A stretch of 64,000 nucleotides of DNA, taken from the NCBI RefSeq assembly GCF_009914755.1, contig NC_060925.1, one strand, 5' to 3'. How positions within the stretch are numbered: the stretch's first letter is position 1; each line of letters opens with the position of its first letter. A program made the translations under genes and the position numbers. The notes below the pieces were generated by a model. That model did no database searches. It worked only from the letters and a program-made list of their open reading frames with translations, and was not told the DNA's origin. This DNA is from the human T2T-CHM13v2.0 reference genome, Homo sapiens. Shown in pieces: positions 26,640-45,630 of this stretch.

Positions 26640-27480
26640 AATTATGTGCTTCACGTGTCTACATAAAGACTTGCCCATGAAAGACCCCAGCAGCTTTGTC
26701 ATAGGCCCAAACTGGAAACACAACAAATGTCCATCGACAGGGGAATGGATTAAGAATCTGTGGTGTATCATATGGTGGGATACTATTTAGCAATAAAAAG
26801 GAATGAACTATTGATACATGATACAATATGGATGAATCCCCAAATTAATTATGCTCAGTGAAAGAAGCCAGACCAAAAAGAGCACATGCTGTACAATTCC
26901 ACTGATATACAAATTCTAAAAAATGTAAACTATAGTGTCAGAAAGCAGATCATTGGTTGCCTGGCAAGGGGAGGGAACTGGGAGGGGTAGGAGGGCATGA
27001 GGGCATGAGGAATGTTTTGAGGTGGTGGGTATATTTATTCTTTTTTTTTTTTTTTTTTTGAGACGAGGTCTTGCTCTGTCACCTAGGCTGGAGTACAGTG
27101 GTGCGATCATGGTTCACTGCAGCCTTGAGCTCCCTGGGCTCAAGGGATCCTCCCATCTTGGACTCCTGAGTAGCTGGGACCACAGGTGTGCACTGCACCA
27201 CCATGCCTGACTCATTTTTGTATGTTTGTAGAGACGGTTTCACCATGTTGCCCAGGCTGGTCTTGAACTCCTTGGCTCAAGCAATCTGTCAGCCTCAGCC
27301 TCCCAAAGTGCTGGGATTACAGGCGTGAGCCATTGTGCCTGGCATATTTATTGTCTTGATGGTGGTGATGCTTCCATGGGTGTATGCTAATACATTTGTC
27401 AGACTAATCAAATTACACACTTTGAATATGTGCAGATTATTATACATTAATCATATTAAATACCTCAATAAAGCTGTTGA
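26640..27480 (+). mobile_element. Old L1M 3' end interrupted by an Alu
   Basis: aactggaaacacaacaaatgtccatc...gcaataaaaaggaatgaactattgatacatg...; resumes after the Alu and ends at cctcaataaagctg. Confidence 0.75.
27041..27343 (-). mobile_element. AluJ nested in L1M, TSD atatttatt
   Basis: Alu consensus, poly-T, atatttatt on both sides. Confidence 0.92.
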
Positions 27481-30122
27481 AAAGTAACTTGTCCCAACTT
27501 CTTCTTTGTTCAAACAGAGGTGCAGAGTGGTTGGTGACTTCTCCTGGGCCATGAGGACAGTCAGTTAAAGTCCTGGCTACCTATCCCTGAGCCCACATAT
27601 CCTATGGCTTCACGGAAGGTCCCACCTCCCAAGAAGGGGCTAGTGGCAGGGAAGTTGAGAAACAGAGAGACGGAAAGGTGGCATAAAACCAAAGAGGGGG
27701 ACACTGGAGAGGAGCCAGCAAGAGGCCAGGCTGGGGATGTCAGAGAAGAGGAAAACAGAGATGAAGCCACAGGCCTGGGGACAAGGGAAGATGAGAGACA
27801 GGAGATGGAACCCCTTCCCAGACCTGGTGATGAGGAGGAGGCTCTGAGCAGTCCTAGCCAGGCCCCAGAGAAGCCATTCCCTTCCTTTGACAGATGCCAC
27901 CTGTGTACGCCCCTGCCCGCGAAGAAGTTAACAAATCACCACCACCACCCTGCCCTGGCCTGGTTGCTGTTGACGTTCAGTCTCCAGGATGCATCATTTT
28001 CTTGGATTTTAATAGATAATTGCCTCGGCCAGACCCTGCAGAGCAAATTGCCAGCAAATGTTCATTGAACACTTTAAAAATCGAGGGGAAGAGGAGAGGG
28101 CTTGGAGGCAGCATGTGGGGAGAGGTCAACCTCTAAAGTGCCAGCTCTCCAGAAATGCAGCCGGAATGAAGGTTTGAAGGGATGGTAGTGAATGGAGCAC
28201 TCCAGGCAGTGTGTGTGCTGAATCTCAGGGCGGTTTTAGGAGCACTTCAAAGGCCTTTTTGACCAAGATATTCACGTTGGCCTGAGGTGAAACAACTCTT
28301 AAAAAGTTAGTCTGTGTCCTCCCTGCAACCCTTGTATTTCCTGACACTTGTATCCGTAGACAGAGGAGACCCTTTGCCTTAAGGAGAATTTGGGAATTAG
28401 GATCTAGTGAGGATGCGGAGAAGTAGGAAAAGGTCCTTTTTTCTCTTTAACTTCTAAACTCGGAGGATCCAAATAGCAGGCCAGGACTGGGTGGAGCAAA
28501 GACTTTAAGTCATAACCAAAATTAAAAAGAACGTAGAGGAAGAGGCCCTTTTCTCCTACCCTCTAGTGATGAGGGTCCCTTGGCCTGGAAAAGGGGAAGG
28601 AGGAGATAGGGGGCTAGGCCTTGAAGGAAGTCAAACCCTAAGACAAGAGGATCAGATTTGGGGTGCTGTAAGAGGCGAGGGAGGTCTTCCTGGAGAGACA
28701 GTCAAGCTCTGACAGTGGCTGGTGCTAGAGTGGCTGGGCCCCCACCTGCAGACCACTCCACATTATCACTGAGTCAGCTTTCGCCTCCCCGCTCAGAGGG
28801 GACTCAGAGGGGGACCTCTCAAGGTGGTCTCAATGAGAAGAGGTACAGAAAGCCCCCATCAATTTTGGTCTGTATACTGCCTAAGAACCACCCTCCTTGG
28901 TAAGCCCCCATCCTAACCCTTTTGTGTGGTAAAGACACATGTAAACTGTCCCAAAACAAAAGACAGAGAGCAGAGACTACCAGAGGGTGAGTGGAGGTAC
29001 TTGGGTGGGTCTGGCTAGTGGGGAAACACCCTCATTATACCAGGTGAAATATAAAGTTACCATTTTGTAGACAAGAAGGCATAGAATATTGGCAATTTCA
29101 AATGATCCCATCTAATATGTTCTATGTAGCAGTCTTTTGCATTTGCCCACCTTTCCTCCCTCTCTCCCTCCCTTCCTGCTTTCCTTTTTCCCTTCCTTCC
29201 ATTTTTTCCTTGCTAGGAATACAAAGTTGATAAAGATTCAATGCCCGCCCTTGAGAAACTCACAGTATGCTTGGAAAAAACAAAATACAAACCCCTAATT
29301 AGGATATAGTGTAATAAATGCCAGAATGAGAGTTATCAGGTGCTCTAAGAGCACTAAGGAAGCAGCAAGTAAGTTTACTTGGGTGATCAGAAAAGACTTG
29401 CAGGAGGCACTGTCAGGCTGAGACCCAAGGAGGAGTTTGTTGGGTTCAGAGACACTGTCAGTAGAAGCCTGAGAGTGTGTGGCCTGTGCAAGAGGGAGTT
29501 GTTGAGTTGCGTGTGGTTGGGCTGGTGCTTGGCAGGGTGTGCAAAGGGTTTCAGGCCAGATTAGTGGAGGTTGAGTGGGGATTGGAGGGTAGGGGTGGAT
29601 TGTCATGTGAGCCTCACAAGAATACAAGAAGTAAGAGGCTTAAGAATAGTGGCCAAGCTCCTGCTAGACACCTGGCTTCACCATTTCAGGGCCAAGTGAC
29701 TGCAACTAATTCACTCCTCCTTTCTGAACCTCCGTTTTCTCATCATAAAATGAGATTAATAGTAATACCTATTTTATAGGTGTTGCAATGATTACATGAT
29801 ATGAAAGGCAAAATGCTTAATGAATCAGGCTTAATGTATGTTATAGCCATTATTGTTCTACAGATGAGGAAACCAAAGGGCAGAAACATTTTTAGGAGAA
29901 CATACAAGAGGGAATGGGAATTTGTATTCTCCAAGTCCAGGGCCTCACTCTGCTGCACCCTGCACGTTTCAGGACAGCCTTTCTGAAGCTTGGTTGAGGG
30001 AGCCTGGGGTCTCTTCCTGGTTCTTCTCATGAACTTAGTGATGTGAGGTACATGGAGTTCTTTCCTTCCCCAGGTCTTCATTTACCTTCTTCCCACCATG
30101 GAGTCTCCTCTTTCTTCATTTG

Positions 30123-30635
30123 ACTTTTTTTATTTATTTGTTGAGATGGGGTCTCACTCTGTTGGCCAGGCAGGAGTGTGATGGTGCAACCATGGCTGAC
30201 TGCAGCCTCGACCTCCCAGGCTCAAGGGATCCTCGCACCTCAGCCTCCCAGGTAGCTGAGATGACAGGCACACACCACCATGCCTGGCTAATTTTCTTTG
30301 TTTCTTTTTCTTTTTCTTTTTTTGTTTTGTTTTGTTTTGTTTTGTTTTGTTTTTGAGACAGAGACTCACTTTGTCACCCAGGCTGGAGCGCAGTGGTGTG
30401 ATCTGGCTCACTGCAACCTCTGCCTCCTGGGTTGGAGCAGTTCTCCTGCCTCAGCCTCCCGAGTAGCTGGGATTACAGGTGTGCACCACCACGCCTGGCT
30501 AATTTTTGTATTTTTAGTAGAGATGAGGTTTCACCATGTTGGCTAGGCTGGTCTTGAACTCCTGACCTCAGGTGATCCACCCACCTCGGCCTCCCAGAGT
30601 GCTAGGATTACAGGCATGGGCCACCGCACCCAGCC
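30123..30635 (-). mobile_element. Partial AluJ (30123-30295) abutting a full AluS (30300-30635) with a (TTTTG)n tail
   Basis: Alu consensus segments. Confidence 0.9.
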
Positions 30636-32301
30636 TCCTCTGAACCTTTCAAACCTTAGTGTCTGTCTCACCAAGGTATGTGACACCATCACGTTTTCAG
30701 CTGACACTCAATACCAGAATCATCGCTTGCCCCTTGTATTTGTGGCCAGTTTATTTTAAAAATGCTTCTGTGCTTTGGTTTCCTCAACTGGACTTTAAGT
30801 TCCATTGAGACACACAGTTATGGACCACAGGGGAAAGTAGCCATGGAATTAGAAGGCTGGAGGGCACATCCCAGATCTGCCACTTACCAGTTGTAGGACC
30901 TTGCCTGTCAGTGGCCTCATCAGGAAAATGACAGGAGGATGACCTGTGGTGAGGTTGGCACTGTGAACTGTCAGCCCCAAGGCTGGGGTGACATGGTACT
31001 AGGGATCAGATGCCAGAAGAATGGGGGCAAGACCTTGTGAAATAGGAGTTGGGGTTAAGGTCAGCCTTGTGTTGGCAGTGTCTCCTCTAGCAGTCTGGGG
31101 CAGGAGCCGGCCTCTACATCCACGCCAGTTGGTGAGAGCTGGCAGGGCCTCTAGGAGGACGAGGCCTGGTGCTGAGGTGTGTGGGCTGCCCGTTGCTGCT
31201 GCACCGTGTCCCCTAAAGTGCCCGGGAACCCCCAAGGTTGGCTTCCTCCTGTCTTACAGGTCTGACCCCATCACTAGCTAGCATCAGACAGAATCAAAAC
31301 AACAGCTTCCTTCCCTACCTGTGCCAGGCCCTTCCCCTGTGACATTCGTATCTCACAACCACCCTGGGAGTAGGAATGACTTTCCCATTAGGTAGAGTGA
31401 GGAGCAGAGACTTCAAAAGGTTATATGAACTGCCTGACCATCACTCAACATGGACACAGGGGAAGGGGATTCGGGCTTCCAAGGCTTTGCTCGGAAACAC
31501 CTTGCAGACAACAGCCACCTCCCTGCCTTAAGAGCCCAGGAGAGGCAACTTGGCAGGAGTCCCTCAGGGCCAGGGAGCTCCTCCCCATTCTGAAGACATA
31601 CGGGAACTGGGGCCCACCATCTTCCACCTTTCCAGAGACCCTCCAGCTGAGCTCCGTGCCCCCTAGATGGAGGGCTCCCCCAGCCCCCACAGCCCCAGCA
31701 TGCAGCTTTGTGTCTATCCCTCCTGCCAGCCACACCCCGCCCCTTCTGGCAGATCCCCCCACCCAGCAGCTGGGTCCCATGTCTGCAGGGAACTGTCAGG
31801 GAGAAGACAGGGATCTGGCACACACTGTCCCTGGCCAGTGCCCCCAGGTAACAGAAGGGAGCCCACCTGCTCCTACGGGTACACTGTCTCTGTCAGGGGG
31901 TCCTGCTGAGGGGCGTCTGTCTTCTCTGTATTTGCCCACTTCCCCTCCCTCCCACTTCAGCCCTCATCCTGCCACAATTTGTTCCTTTTAGGCTTTATTT
32001 GAGGAGCCTGGCAGTCCTATAAGGGGAAACCCACCTATTACTTCAAGCAAAGCTGATGCAGAGGTAGGATTTTGCACATTCTGATAAATTACAACATCTT
32101 ATATGTTGCAAAGGAAAATGCCTGAACTTTTCCATAGGGTGAAGACCTAATAGGAAAGTTTCTCAGAGCCTGTGTTTATGCATGTTATCTGTTAGTTAGG
32201 CAGGGAGGGACGGCATGGATTTGACAAATGGTGTACAGTTAAGGACGTGGAATTGGATGCTAAACTGCCTGGGTTTGATTCCCACCTTGGCTCTCTTATG
32301 A

Positions 32302-32644
<343 letters not shown>

Positions 32645-32754
32645 CTCTCTGTGTCATTTTTGCAAAGTGAGGATGATGATACCTTTCTTAATTGTTAAGA
32701 GGATTAAATAAATTAATATATGCAAAACCTTTGGAAGAGGGCCTGCCATATAGT

Positions 32755-33111
<357 letters not shown>

Positions 33112-33469
33112 TAGTTGGCACTCTGTATGTGGTAGGCATTACTATAAGATGTTCAGATCCCTCATAAATAAGAGTGTCCTTTTATAAAACTTTACAGCAT
33201 AGACTTATGTTCCATTTTATCTTGTCTTCCCTAGAGATGAGCCAATTGAGCAGGAGACAATGTAAGCAGCTGTGGGGGTGTCGAGTACTCCCTCCTGCCT
33301 GTGGGAGCTGCACCGTGGAGTCTAGCTTGTCACCCTCCGGAGGCAGAGCCCCTCCTCCCTGCCTCCTCTTGGTCTAGATGGACAGCCATGGCAGCGGAGG
33401 CTGCAGAGCTGAGCAGGTGATACTGGGCAGCGACCCTGCTGCGGGCAGCGTCCACACCCCACAGCTCTT

Positions 33470-34760
33470 TACTGCATTTATTTAACAAGCGACATTGAGC
33501 CAGCAATCTCTGCTGAAAAGTGCTCAGCCCTGGAGAGAGAACTGTGAACAACGTGGACACAGCTCCTGCTTTGTGGAGCTTGGTGTCTGACTGGGGTAAA
33601 AATAAACAAGCAGTTACAACACAGCTACGATCCCTACTGTAACGGAGGAGAGAGGGCGGCCACATTTCTGGGCCAGGCTACAGAGAGTTTGGGGGTGTTC
33701 AGGGAAAGCCTTTTGCAGGAAGCAATAGCAAAGCTGAGGTTTGAAGGGTGACTAGAGCTCAGTCAGGTAGAGGGCTCAGAACATTTCCAGAGAGAACAGT
33801 ACATGTGAGCTCAGAGGTGAGAGCTCCCTCTGGGTGGGGCGAGTAGGAGACTTGGGCAGGGTCTGATCTGGGAGAGGCTTGTGAACCCAGGCAAGGGTTT
33901 TGCTCACTATTCAGAGGGCTTTGGGGGTGCCTTTAAAAGTTTTCAGCAAGGAGACAAGATGAGTGGTTCTTCCTTTTAGAAATATCAAAGACAGATGGGA
34001 AGGAAGAGAAAAGAGGAGATTGGAGGCCCGTTCAAAGGCTGTCACAATAGATAAAGCATGAGATGATGGTTGAACGAATCAAGAAAGTGACCGTGAGGAT
34101 GAAGGGAAGGGAGACAGATGTGAGAGATACTTAGGAGGGCAAATGTGCGGGGCATGGTGGGAGGGGGAGGTAGGCATCCAGGACAACACCCAGACTTCTG
34201 GTTTGAATAAGGATTGGGTTTCCCCGAGACCAGCAATACCAGAGGAGTAGCAGGCTTTGGGGAAAGGATAAGAGGCCACCACTGGACAAGGTGAGCATTA
34301 GGCACAAGTGAGATGTCTATGCAGAGTTGTCTGGGAGGAACAGGATACAGAGTCCTGGAGTTTAGGGGAGATTTTGACTAGAAATATGGATTTTGGAATT
34401 ACTGGCACATACATGCAACTAAGATATGAACGTGTACTACATGAGAAGAAAGGGTCAAGGAGACAGAGTCTACCTGAGAAGTAGGCAGGCCAAGGGGGAA
34501 CTCCCAAGGAAGCTTCAAGTTGGAACACTCGAGGGGTAAGAGGAAATTCAGGAGATCTGACACTCGGGGGATTTTCAGGCAGGGAGCGGGCTAAATTGTA
34601 TCTCATGCTGCCTAGAAGTCAAGTAATGTAAAGATGTGAGAGTCCACTGGGTTAGCAACCAGATAGTTGGTGACATTGGTGAGCGTGTTTCCAGAGAAGC
34701 GATGGGGCAGAGGAGGATTGCCTAGAGAGGAGAAATGAGAATGGAAGGAGAAATAGAAAT
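33470..34760 (+). mobile_element. Degraded L2 LINE fragments (approximate)
   Basis: L2-like purine-rich tracts and catttatttaacaagc...ctgtgaaca motif; by eye only. Confidence 0.45.
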
Positions 34761-34802
34761 GTGGACAAGGAGACCACCCAGGTAAGAAGTTTGGTCCTCA
34801 GT

Positions 34803-35209
<407 letters not shown>

Positions 35210-36483
35210 CTAGGAGGGAGGCACCTGGAATGTGTTCCATGCAGCTAGAAGGGGCCTGTGGAGAGGCAGAGAGAGGGGATAAGGGCTGGGGTAGAATCCG
35301 AGCAGCTGGCAGGAGAGAACTGGCTTCCACTGGGTCAGAAGGGAAGGAGGAGAATGAGACAGCAGAAACAGGTGGGTTCATCAGTGTGGAGACAGGAGCT
35401 GAGGGAGGAACCTTCTGGTAGCTTCTATATATTTTTTTGTGTGTGTGAAGGGAGCAAAGCTAGCTGCTGGTGTTGGGGTTTCAGGAGAGAAGGGCGTTGA
35501 GATTGCTGCACTGACAGGGACTAGGAAGCATTGGGGCCCTGTTGAGACTGGGGGAAGGGACGTATAGTGCATTAAGAGTGCGAGCGTCCCTGCCCTGCAT
35601 GACTGATACCCTAGGCCCAGCTGAGAAGCCCAGAAGCCGACTGGGGGTTCGCTAGGAGGCTGCATGGGGAGGCCAGCTTGGTTTCCATAGCAACAGCCAC
35701 AGAGCAGGCGCTTGGCACAGGCTTAATGATGGAATGGCGAGAAGAGCAAAGAGTCCAGTGAAGGGGGAAGGATGCTGTGGGGACATGGAGGGCCCGGTGC
35801 AGAGTCCTGACCTTGCCTCTGGCTGTGCACCCCAGGGCTGTCCCATCACCTCTGCATGCCTCCATTCCTTCATTTTTAACGTGGAATTCACATGTACTTT
35901 GCATGGTTGTGGTGGCAATAAAATGAATATTGTACATGAAGGTGCTTTGTAAACAACGTATTGCAGCCCCTGGCATGAGAGCAGGTGTGTAGGTGGCACG
36001 CAGGAGGCACTTGGTAAATAGTAGCTACTGTTACTCATAGTTACTTGGTGTGGCTAAGAGGAGCCCTGGAGAATGTAGATCTTTGATATTCAAGGCAATA
36101 AACAGGGGGCAGTTGAGGGCTCTGAGAGCCTGTGTTGGCAGTGGACTCTGGCCAATGCAACATGGTCGTAGCTTCGAAGATGTTTGGCCATGGTGTGACC
36201 TGGGGTGTGCAGCTGCTTCTGAGACCACCAGTCCTTTCTGGGGCTGCTTGGTCCCAGTCAGTGGACTTGGCTGTGGACTTCAGGAGAACCCACAACAGGT
36301 CCCTCTCTGCCTCATGCAGAAAAATAATCCAGATGGCCCCTCTGTCTTTCTCCACAGCCCAGTCTCCCAAGCCCATGGGCAGGGTTCCTGGGGAAGGGAC
36401 TGGGGAGGGGGAAACACAGGTGTAGAAGAGTCCAAAAAACTGGACAAGCAGAGGCCAGTTGCCAGTGTCACAGGCCTGGAGAT

Positions 36484-36489
36484 TTTAAT
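36484..36489 (-). terminator. CACNA1S: Probable CACNA1S polyadenylation signal (ATTAAA variant)
   Basis: ATTAAA about 290 nt after the stop codon; no AATAAA seen in between. Confidence 0.7.
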
Positions 36490-36777
36490 GTCCTGCAGGT
36501 GGGAGTGGCCCTAGGCCAGACAGGCACTGACCAGGCCTTTTTGAATGACATTAGAAGCTCCATCCAATCATGCCTCTTGCTGGTGAGGGGCAGGGCCTGT
36601 CCAGCTACTTCCTCCGCACTTTTTGAGGTGGTTCCTGACCACCCTGCCTCAGGCCATGCATCTAGCTGCTGAGAGGGAGGGAGGCTGCTGCGGTGGGCTA
36701 GCCCTTCTCCACCCCAGCAACTTCCCCACCCCCATTGGTCATGCCAGCTCTAAGCCCATGCTGATGCTGTGTGGGCA

Positions 36778-37564
<787 letters not shown>

Positions 37565-37568
37565 TTAC

Positions 37569-37660
37569 CTGGCAGGGGGCAGGAGGTGCCTGGCCTCTGG
37601 GCATTGCCCTCTGGGTCAGCAGTCCCTTCAGCATCTCCACACAGGGTTTGCTGTGGGGTC
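37569..37660 (-). CDS. CACNA1S: CACNA1S exon 42 ([13 protein letters not shown]...PAPCQ)
   Basis: 92 nt, AG/GT boundaries, phase consistent. Confidence 0.92.
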
Positions 37661-38430
37661 CTGTATGCAAGAAGGGGCAAGGATAAGAGGGGCTGCTGAC
37701 TCCTGCCAGGAGCCCCGAGTCAACAGAGGCTCGCTTGGCTGGCTAGCCACACTCTGTGAGAGCTCTGAGATTCTCAGGGCTGCAGAAGGTGTCTTAGAGG
37801 GTGGACACATGATGAGGCCCAATCAACTCCAGGCCAGGCAGGGCTGCCCCAACTTTACTGGCCCTGGTCGCTGTTCTTGAAGGTTTGGGAGAGGGGATAA
37901 GGGCCAGAGTCTCTGGCCAAGCTGGTCCTCTGTGGTCCCTGGGTGTGTGCACATTAAAGTGAAAGTGTGTTGGGGAACACAGCAGTATCCTTATTGCCAC
38001 TAGCCCCCAGCATCCTTGGGGCTCCTACTGTCACACAGCAGTCTAGGACATACTAGACTACAAGATCATTTGCAGAAGGGCCCCAGAGTCAAGACGTCAG
38101 TGTGTCCAGGGGCTGCCCTTCCAGGGACCTGGGGCGGTGTGGGGACTCCTGTGCTGGGGATGGTGTAGGGGGCTGTGTGAGTTTCCTGGGAGGCCTGCAG
38201 AGGGCCCTTTAGCATGAATGGGCTTTCCCCCTTCCACCTCACTCAGCCACCTAGATGGTGCCCTGCTTCCCCCCTGGACAAGTAGCTGGTCCTGATGGTT
38301 TTCCCATTCCAGGGCCCAGATGACTGCCATTGTAACAGGCTCCCAAGCCAGCCCTCCCAGCCAAGTTCCCAGACTCTAAGAAAAGAGTGGGGCTTCCCGG
38401 ACTCCTCTGGGAGAAGACTCAAGCTTCTTA

Positions 38431-38646
<216 letters not shown>

Positions 38647-39065
38647 CTAGTGTAGCAGCCGTGACTCTAGGGCTGACGTTTCCACCACTGTGCCCCAGCC
38701 AGCCCTGACTCTCTAGGAGGAAGGAGTCCAGAGCATTCCTGACTCCACTCCTTTGCTCAGTTGCTCCCTCTACCCTTTCTACATTCTGTTCATCTTCCAA
38801 GGCCCAGCTGCAGCCTCCCAGCCTTTGGAACCCTGCTTCTCCATCTTGGCCACACATAGGATCACCTGAGGAGCTCAAAGGTGAGTGGTGGCTGAGTCCC
38901 ACACCCAGCATCTGTGGTGAGGCCCAGGCATTGGGATTTGCAGAAGCTCCCTGGATTATCTAATGCACAGCCAAGGCTGAGAACCATTCTAGGTCTTTCC
39001 AGCCCATGGTGATCCATACCCCCTCTGCACTCTCAGGACACTAAATATCTGTTATTATTTGGTGT

Positions 39066-39543
<478 letters not shown>

Positions 39544-40226
39544 TGAATTTAAGGGGTCTCTGTGACTGGAAGGGGTGCAGGCAGCCCTGGCCATGAAAAG
39601 GGGCTGGCTGCTGCCTTGTTCTGCTTATTCCTGAGGCCTGGGGCTAAGCCTTTCCAGGCCGAAGAGGCCTCCAATCAGCTGACCTCCTGTCTAGAACAGA
39701 AGCTTTGCCTGAGCCTAGCCCCTAAGTTATGATTGCTGAGAAGTTCTCCCCCTCATCCTGCTGTTTTTTATGACACTTACGTAATCACAGATTATATTTA
39801 GTCTACAGCCCAAGGTTGGTGAGATGGGAACCACCCAGCACAGCGGGATCTCCTTGGAACCTAAATCCAGTGATGGAATCTTATTGTCCACAGTCTTTTG
39901 TGGTATGTGCTACCACCGAAGATCCTCTCCTAACCTATCATGTGTTCAATACGTCTCAGCTCCTAGACTTGCTGAAGCCGACGGAATAAAAGAACCTCTC
40001 AACACTGGGGCCAATACTGACATGATGTGAGGCTTCCCCCTGCTGGCCAAAGAAGCCTCTGCCATCGAGGTCGGCCTCTTACATTAAGGTTCAGGATGGA
40101 TTGGGGCACAAAGGCAAGCAAAAGACACCCTACAAATTTGGGGTACCCTCTTCCAATCCAACCTGGAACCTGCTGACATTGTCCTCCCAGTACCTCTACA
40201 CCCAGGGATGGCAGTGGCCGCCACTA

Positions 40227-40478
<252 letters not shown>

Positions 40479-41250
40479 CTAGGGGCAAGGAGAAGAGCAG
40501 TGACTGGGGGTGAGGGCAGGGAGGGCATGGGGGGCTGTCACTCTGGGACAGTGGTATTGGGAACAAGCAATAGTATTGGGAGACAAATCTTATAAGGCCA
40601 AAGGAGGATGGACTGAGTGGTGAGATCAAAAGAAGAAAATTCCCACCCTTAGAAAGTTCTTTGTTTGATGGGGTAGACAGCACACACCTAAGGAGGTATA
40701 TAGGGGACACAGGCACACAGAAGAGAAGTGTGGTGTAGGGGAGAGAGGGCTGAATCGGGAGTCTGCAGCACTGGGTTCTAGTCCCCGCTCTGAAACTGAT
40801 TTACTAGGTGATATTGGACATCTCACATGATCTCTGTGGGCCACTATTTCCTCATGAATAACCCAAAAAGACCTAACTAGGTGTCATTAAAGACCTTCCA
40901 GCAATAAAGTGTTATAAGAAACATGAGACAGAGCTAAGGATGGAGGACTGGCCTCAGTGGAGGCAGGCAGGGCATTTGATCCTGGAGGGCCTCTGGGAGA
41001 TGGGTCGTTGCCTAGGGTTTGTGGGGAGGAAAGGGAAGGGGTGAGATTTGGTAGGGAAATGTGGGAAAGAGTGTGTTGCATTTGACACCTCTAGTAGATC
41101 AGGTCATTGATTCTGAGTCCCAGGAGAGGTGGGTGGTGAAGTGGAGAGACGGAGTGGGGTATCTTCAGCTCCCATGTCCCCCTCTCGTGTGGCTGGGCTC
41201 CCAGCCCTCCTCTCTGTGAGACACTGCCACTCATGGTGTCTAGACCACTA

Positions 41251-41753
<503 letters not shown>

Positions 41754-42400
41754 TAGAACCGCTTCGTATGGCTTACTTGTTTCTTATCACTGTACCCAGG
41801 GCTCTCCCAAAGCCCCAGCCTAGGCCCCACTCTCCCTCTTGGGTTATTGAATATCTCAGGTACCTGAGAGGCCACCAGGTCCTGCTCTGGCCTCTGGGAT
41901 AGCCCACACCTTAATTGTTCCAATTGAGTCATCTCTTGACCCCATGGGTGGAAATTTCATGCCCTTCCCAGGCTTCCAGGTTGAGAAGTGTTCTTACTCA
42001 GTACAGTCTTCTAGATTGGTGATCTTTATTGATTGGATATGTCATATATATATAGTTGAGCAAAGTTAATATCACCAGTAATGGGACAAGTCAAGACTGG
42101 TGTCACCTAATAGCTTGTAATGAGAACACAGAATCATTTCTGTGGCATTCTTATCCAAGATGCATATCCTAGTAATCAGACAAACCCCAACTGAGGGACA
42201 TACTGACCTGCAGTCTTCAAGTGTCAAGATCGTGTCAAGGAAAGACTGATGAACTCTTCCAGATGGAAGAGATGAAAGAGATAAGGCAACTCAATGCACT
42301 GTCTGATTCTGGATTGGATCCTTTTGCTATAAAGGACATTTACTGGGACAGCAAATGAAATTTGAATGGGGTCTGAGGATTAGAATGTAGTAATGTATTA

Positions 42401-42744
<344 letters not shown>

Positions 42745-43071
42745 TTACATAGAAGAATTATGCAGGATAACGCCCTTGTAATACACATTTTGCCTTGAAT
42801 ACACACAATGCCTTGAAATATGCATTAAAGTGTTTTTGGATGATGGAACATCATTTTGGAGTTACTCTCAAATGGTTCAGAAAAAAAGGTTTTATATTAT
42901 ACTTGCAACTTTTTAAAAGTATGAGATTATTTCAAAATAAAAATAGCCATTGAAATAAATTTTTGAGCACAGCTCAAATGCATGTGTATTTGGGGGTTTT
43001 ATAAATTATGTGCATTACAGTGAACCCAAAAATAGAAATAAAACCAGATAAGATAAAACAAAAAGTTCTAA

Positions 43072-43425
<354 letters not shown>

Positions 43426-43488
43426 CCCATACCCAGTGGAACATTTTAAGAGCCCTTCATGGATCACCTTTCTTTAGAGAGAACTGTT

Positions 43489-43779
43489 CTTTTTTTTTTT
43501 TCTTTTGAGACACAGTCTCACTCTGTCGCCCAGGCTGAGGTTCAGTGTCTCAATCTCGGTTCACTGCAACCTCCGCTTCCAGGGTCAAGTGATTCTCACG
43601 CCTCAGCCTCCTGAGTAGCTGGGCACATGCCGCCACACCTGACTAATTTTTGTATTTTTGGTAGAGATGGGGTTTCGCCGTGTTGGCCAGGCTGGTCTTG
43701 AACTCCTGACCTCAAGTAACCTGCCAACCTTGGCCTCCCATAGTGCTGGGATTATAGGTGTGAGCCACTGCGCCTGGCC
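43489..43779 (-). mobile_element. AluS
   Basis: Alu consensus. Confidence 0.92.
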
Positions 43780-44021
43780 TAGAGACCACTGTTCTTATCT
43801 AACTTGTCTCTCCCTTGAACAAATCCTATTTTCTTTGGTCCTATCATCCAGAGATGAAGCGCCCTGGTTCTTTTTTTGAGGTTGAAACATCTTCAATCAT
43901 GGACTACCCAGAACTGTCTTGACATTTTTTCACTCTTCTGGGCTTCCTTTTTCCCTCTATGTCTCCATCATTGGCCCCTCAAGGACATGGAAGGATAACT
44001 AGAGTCTGGAGACCTGGCTCA

Positions 44022-44306
<285 letters not shown>

Positions 44307-44351
44307 TCACTGGGCACTTTCCATCCTGAGGTTGGATGCCCGTGGGATCTA

Positions 44352-44651
<300 letters not shown>

Positions 44652-45527
44652 TCAGACAGCCAGTCATTTACTAAGAAACATTGGCTGAGTTTTGTGGCAG
44701 CTGCCTTGCTGGGTACTGGCAATGGTGGGAGGGCATCACTGTCCCCCTGGGGCAGCCCAACTCTTGGGTCATGTACTTTCTCCCCACAGGCCTTGGCTTC
44801 CAGTGCCCAGAGTGGTTGGTTTTACAGGCTGTCATCTCCTGCTCTTCTTCCAAAATCTTTCAATTCCCCAGGCACTGTGGTCTGGCCCAAATACCCCCAG
44901 GCAGACTTGCTGCAGCTCTAACCTGCTCCTTCCTGACTTCTGGTCTTCCTCATCTTGCCCTGCTAATGAAGCTCACCCTGAGGTTGTCTCAGACTCCTGG
45001 AGTGGTCCCCATGTGGGGATGGACCTGATACAGCTGGAGACTTGAGCTTGATACAGTGTGAGCCCTGAGCAAGGGCTCAGAGACAATACTGAGACCCCAC
45101 CCTGACTCCTTCCCCTGCTCCCACCATGCTTGTCTTCCCAGTAGGTGAGGACCTGCAGATTTAGTGGAGTCGAATGTGGACTCCCGTCAGCCTGCCCAGT
45201 GCTGCCTGAGAACCTCCTCTGCTCCTGCTCACAGCCAAACTGCAGGGCACCCCTGACCCCTGTGCCAGCACTGGCCCTTCTCTGGCCCCCAGACACAGCT
45301 GAGGAGTGTGGGAACAGACCCTTGATGATCTTTGCCCTGCAGAAAACCCTCAGGCTCCCTCTGAGCCCTGAGGGGCATGAGGACTTTGTGCCCATGGCCT
45401 GGGGTCCTCCCTCTACTTCTTCCCACAGTTCTTAAGAGCAATCTTGAGCTCTGAGAATCTGGCAGAATCTGTGCCAGAAACAGCCTCTGGGAGAAAGGAG
45501 GGGGCTCACATTGGAAGGCACTCTCAC

Positions 45528-45630
45528 CTTCCGTCTTGATCTTGAGTGCCGTGCGGACCAGGGCAAAGAGTGTGGCATTGAAGGTGACTGTGCCGTCGCT
45601 GTTCAGGGGCATGTTCATGCCCACCAGCCG
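45528..45630 (-). CDS. CACNA1S: CACNA1S exon 36 ([34 protein letters not shown])
   Basis: 103 nt, AG/GT boundaries. Confidence 0.96.
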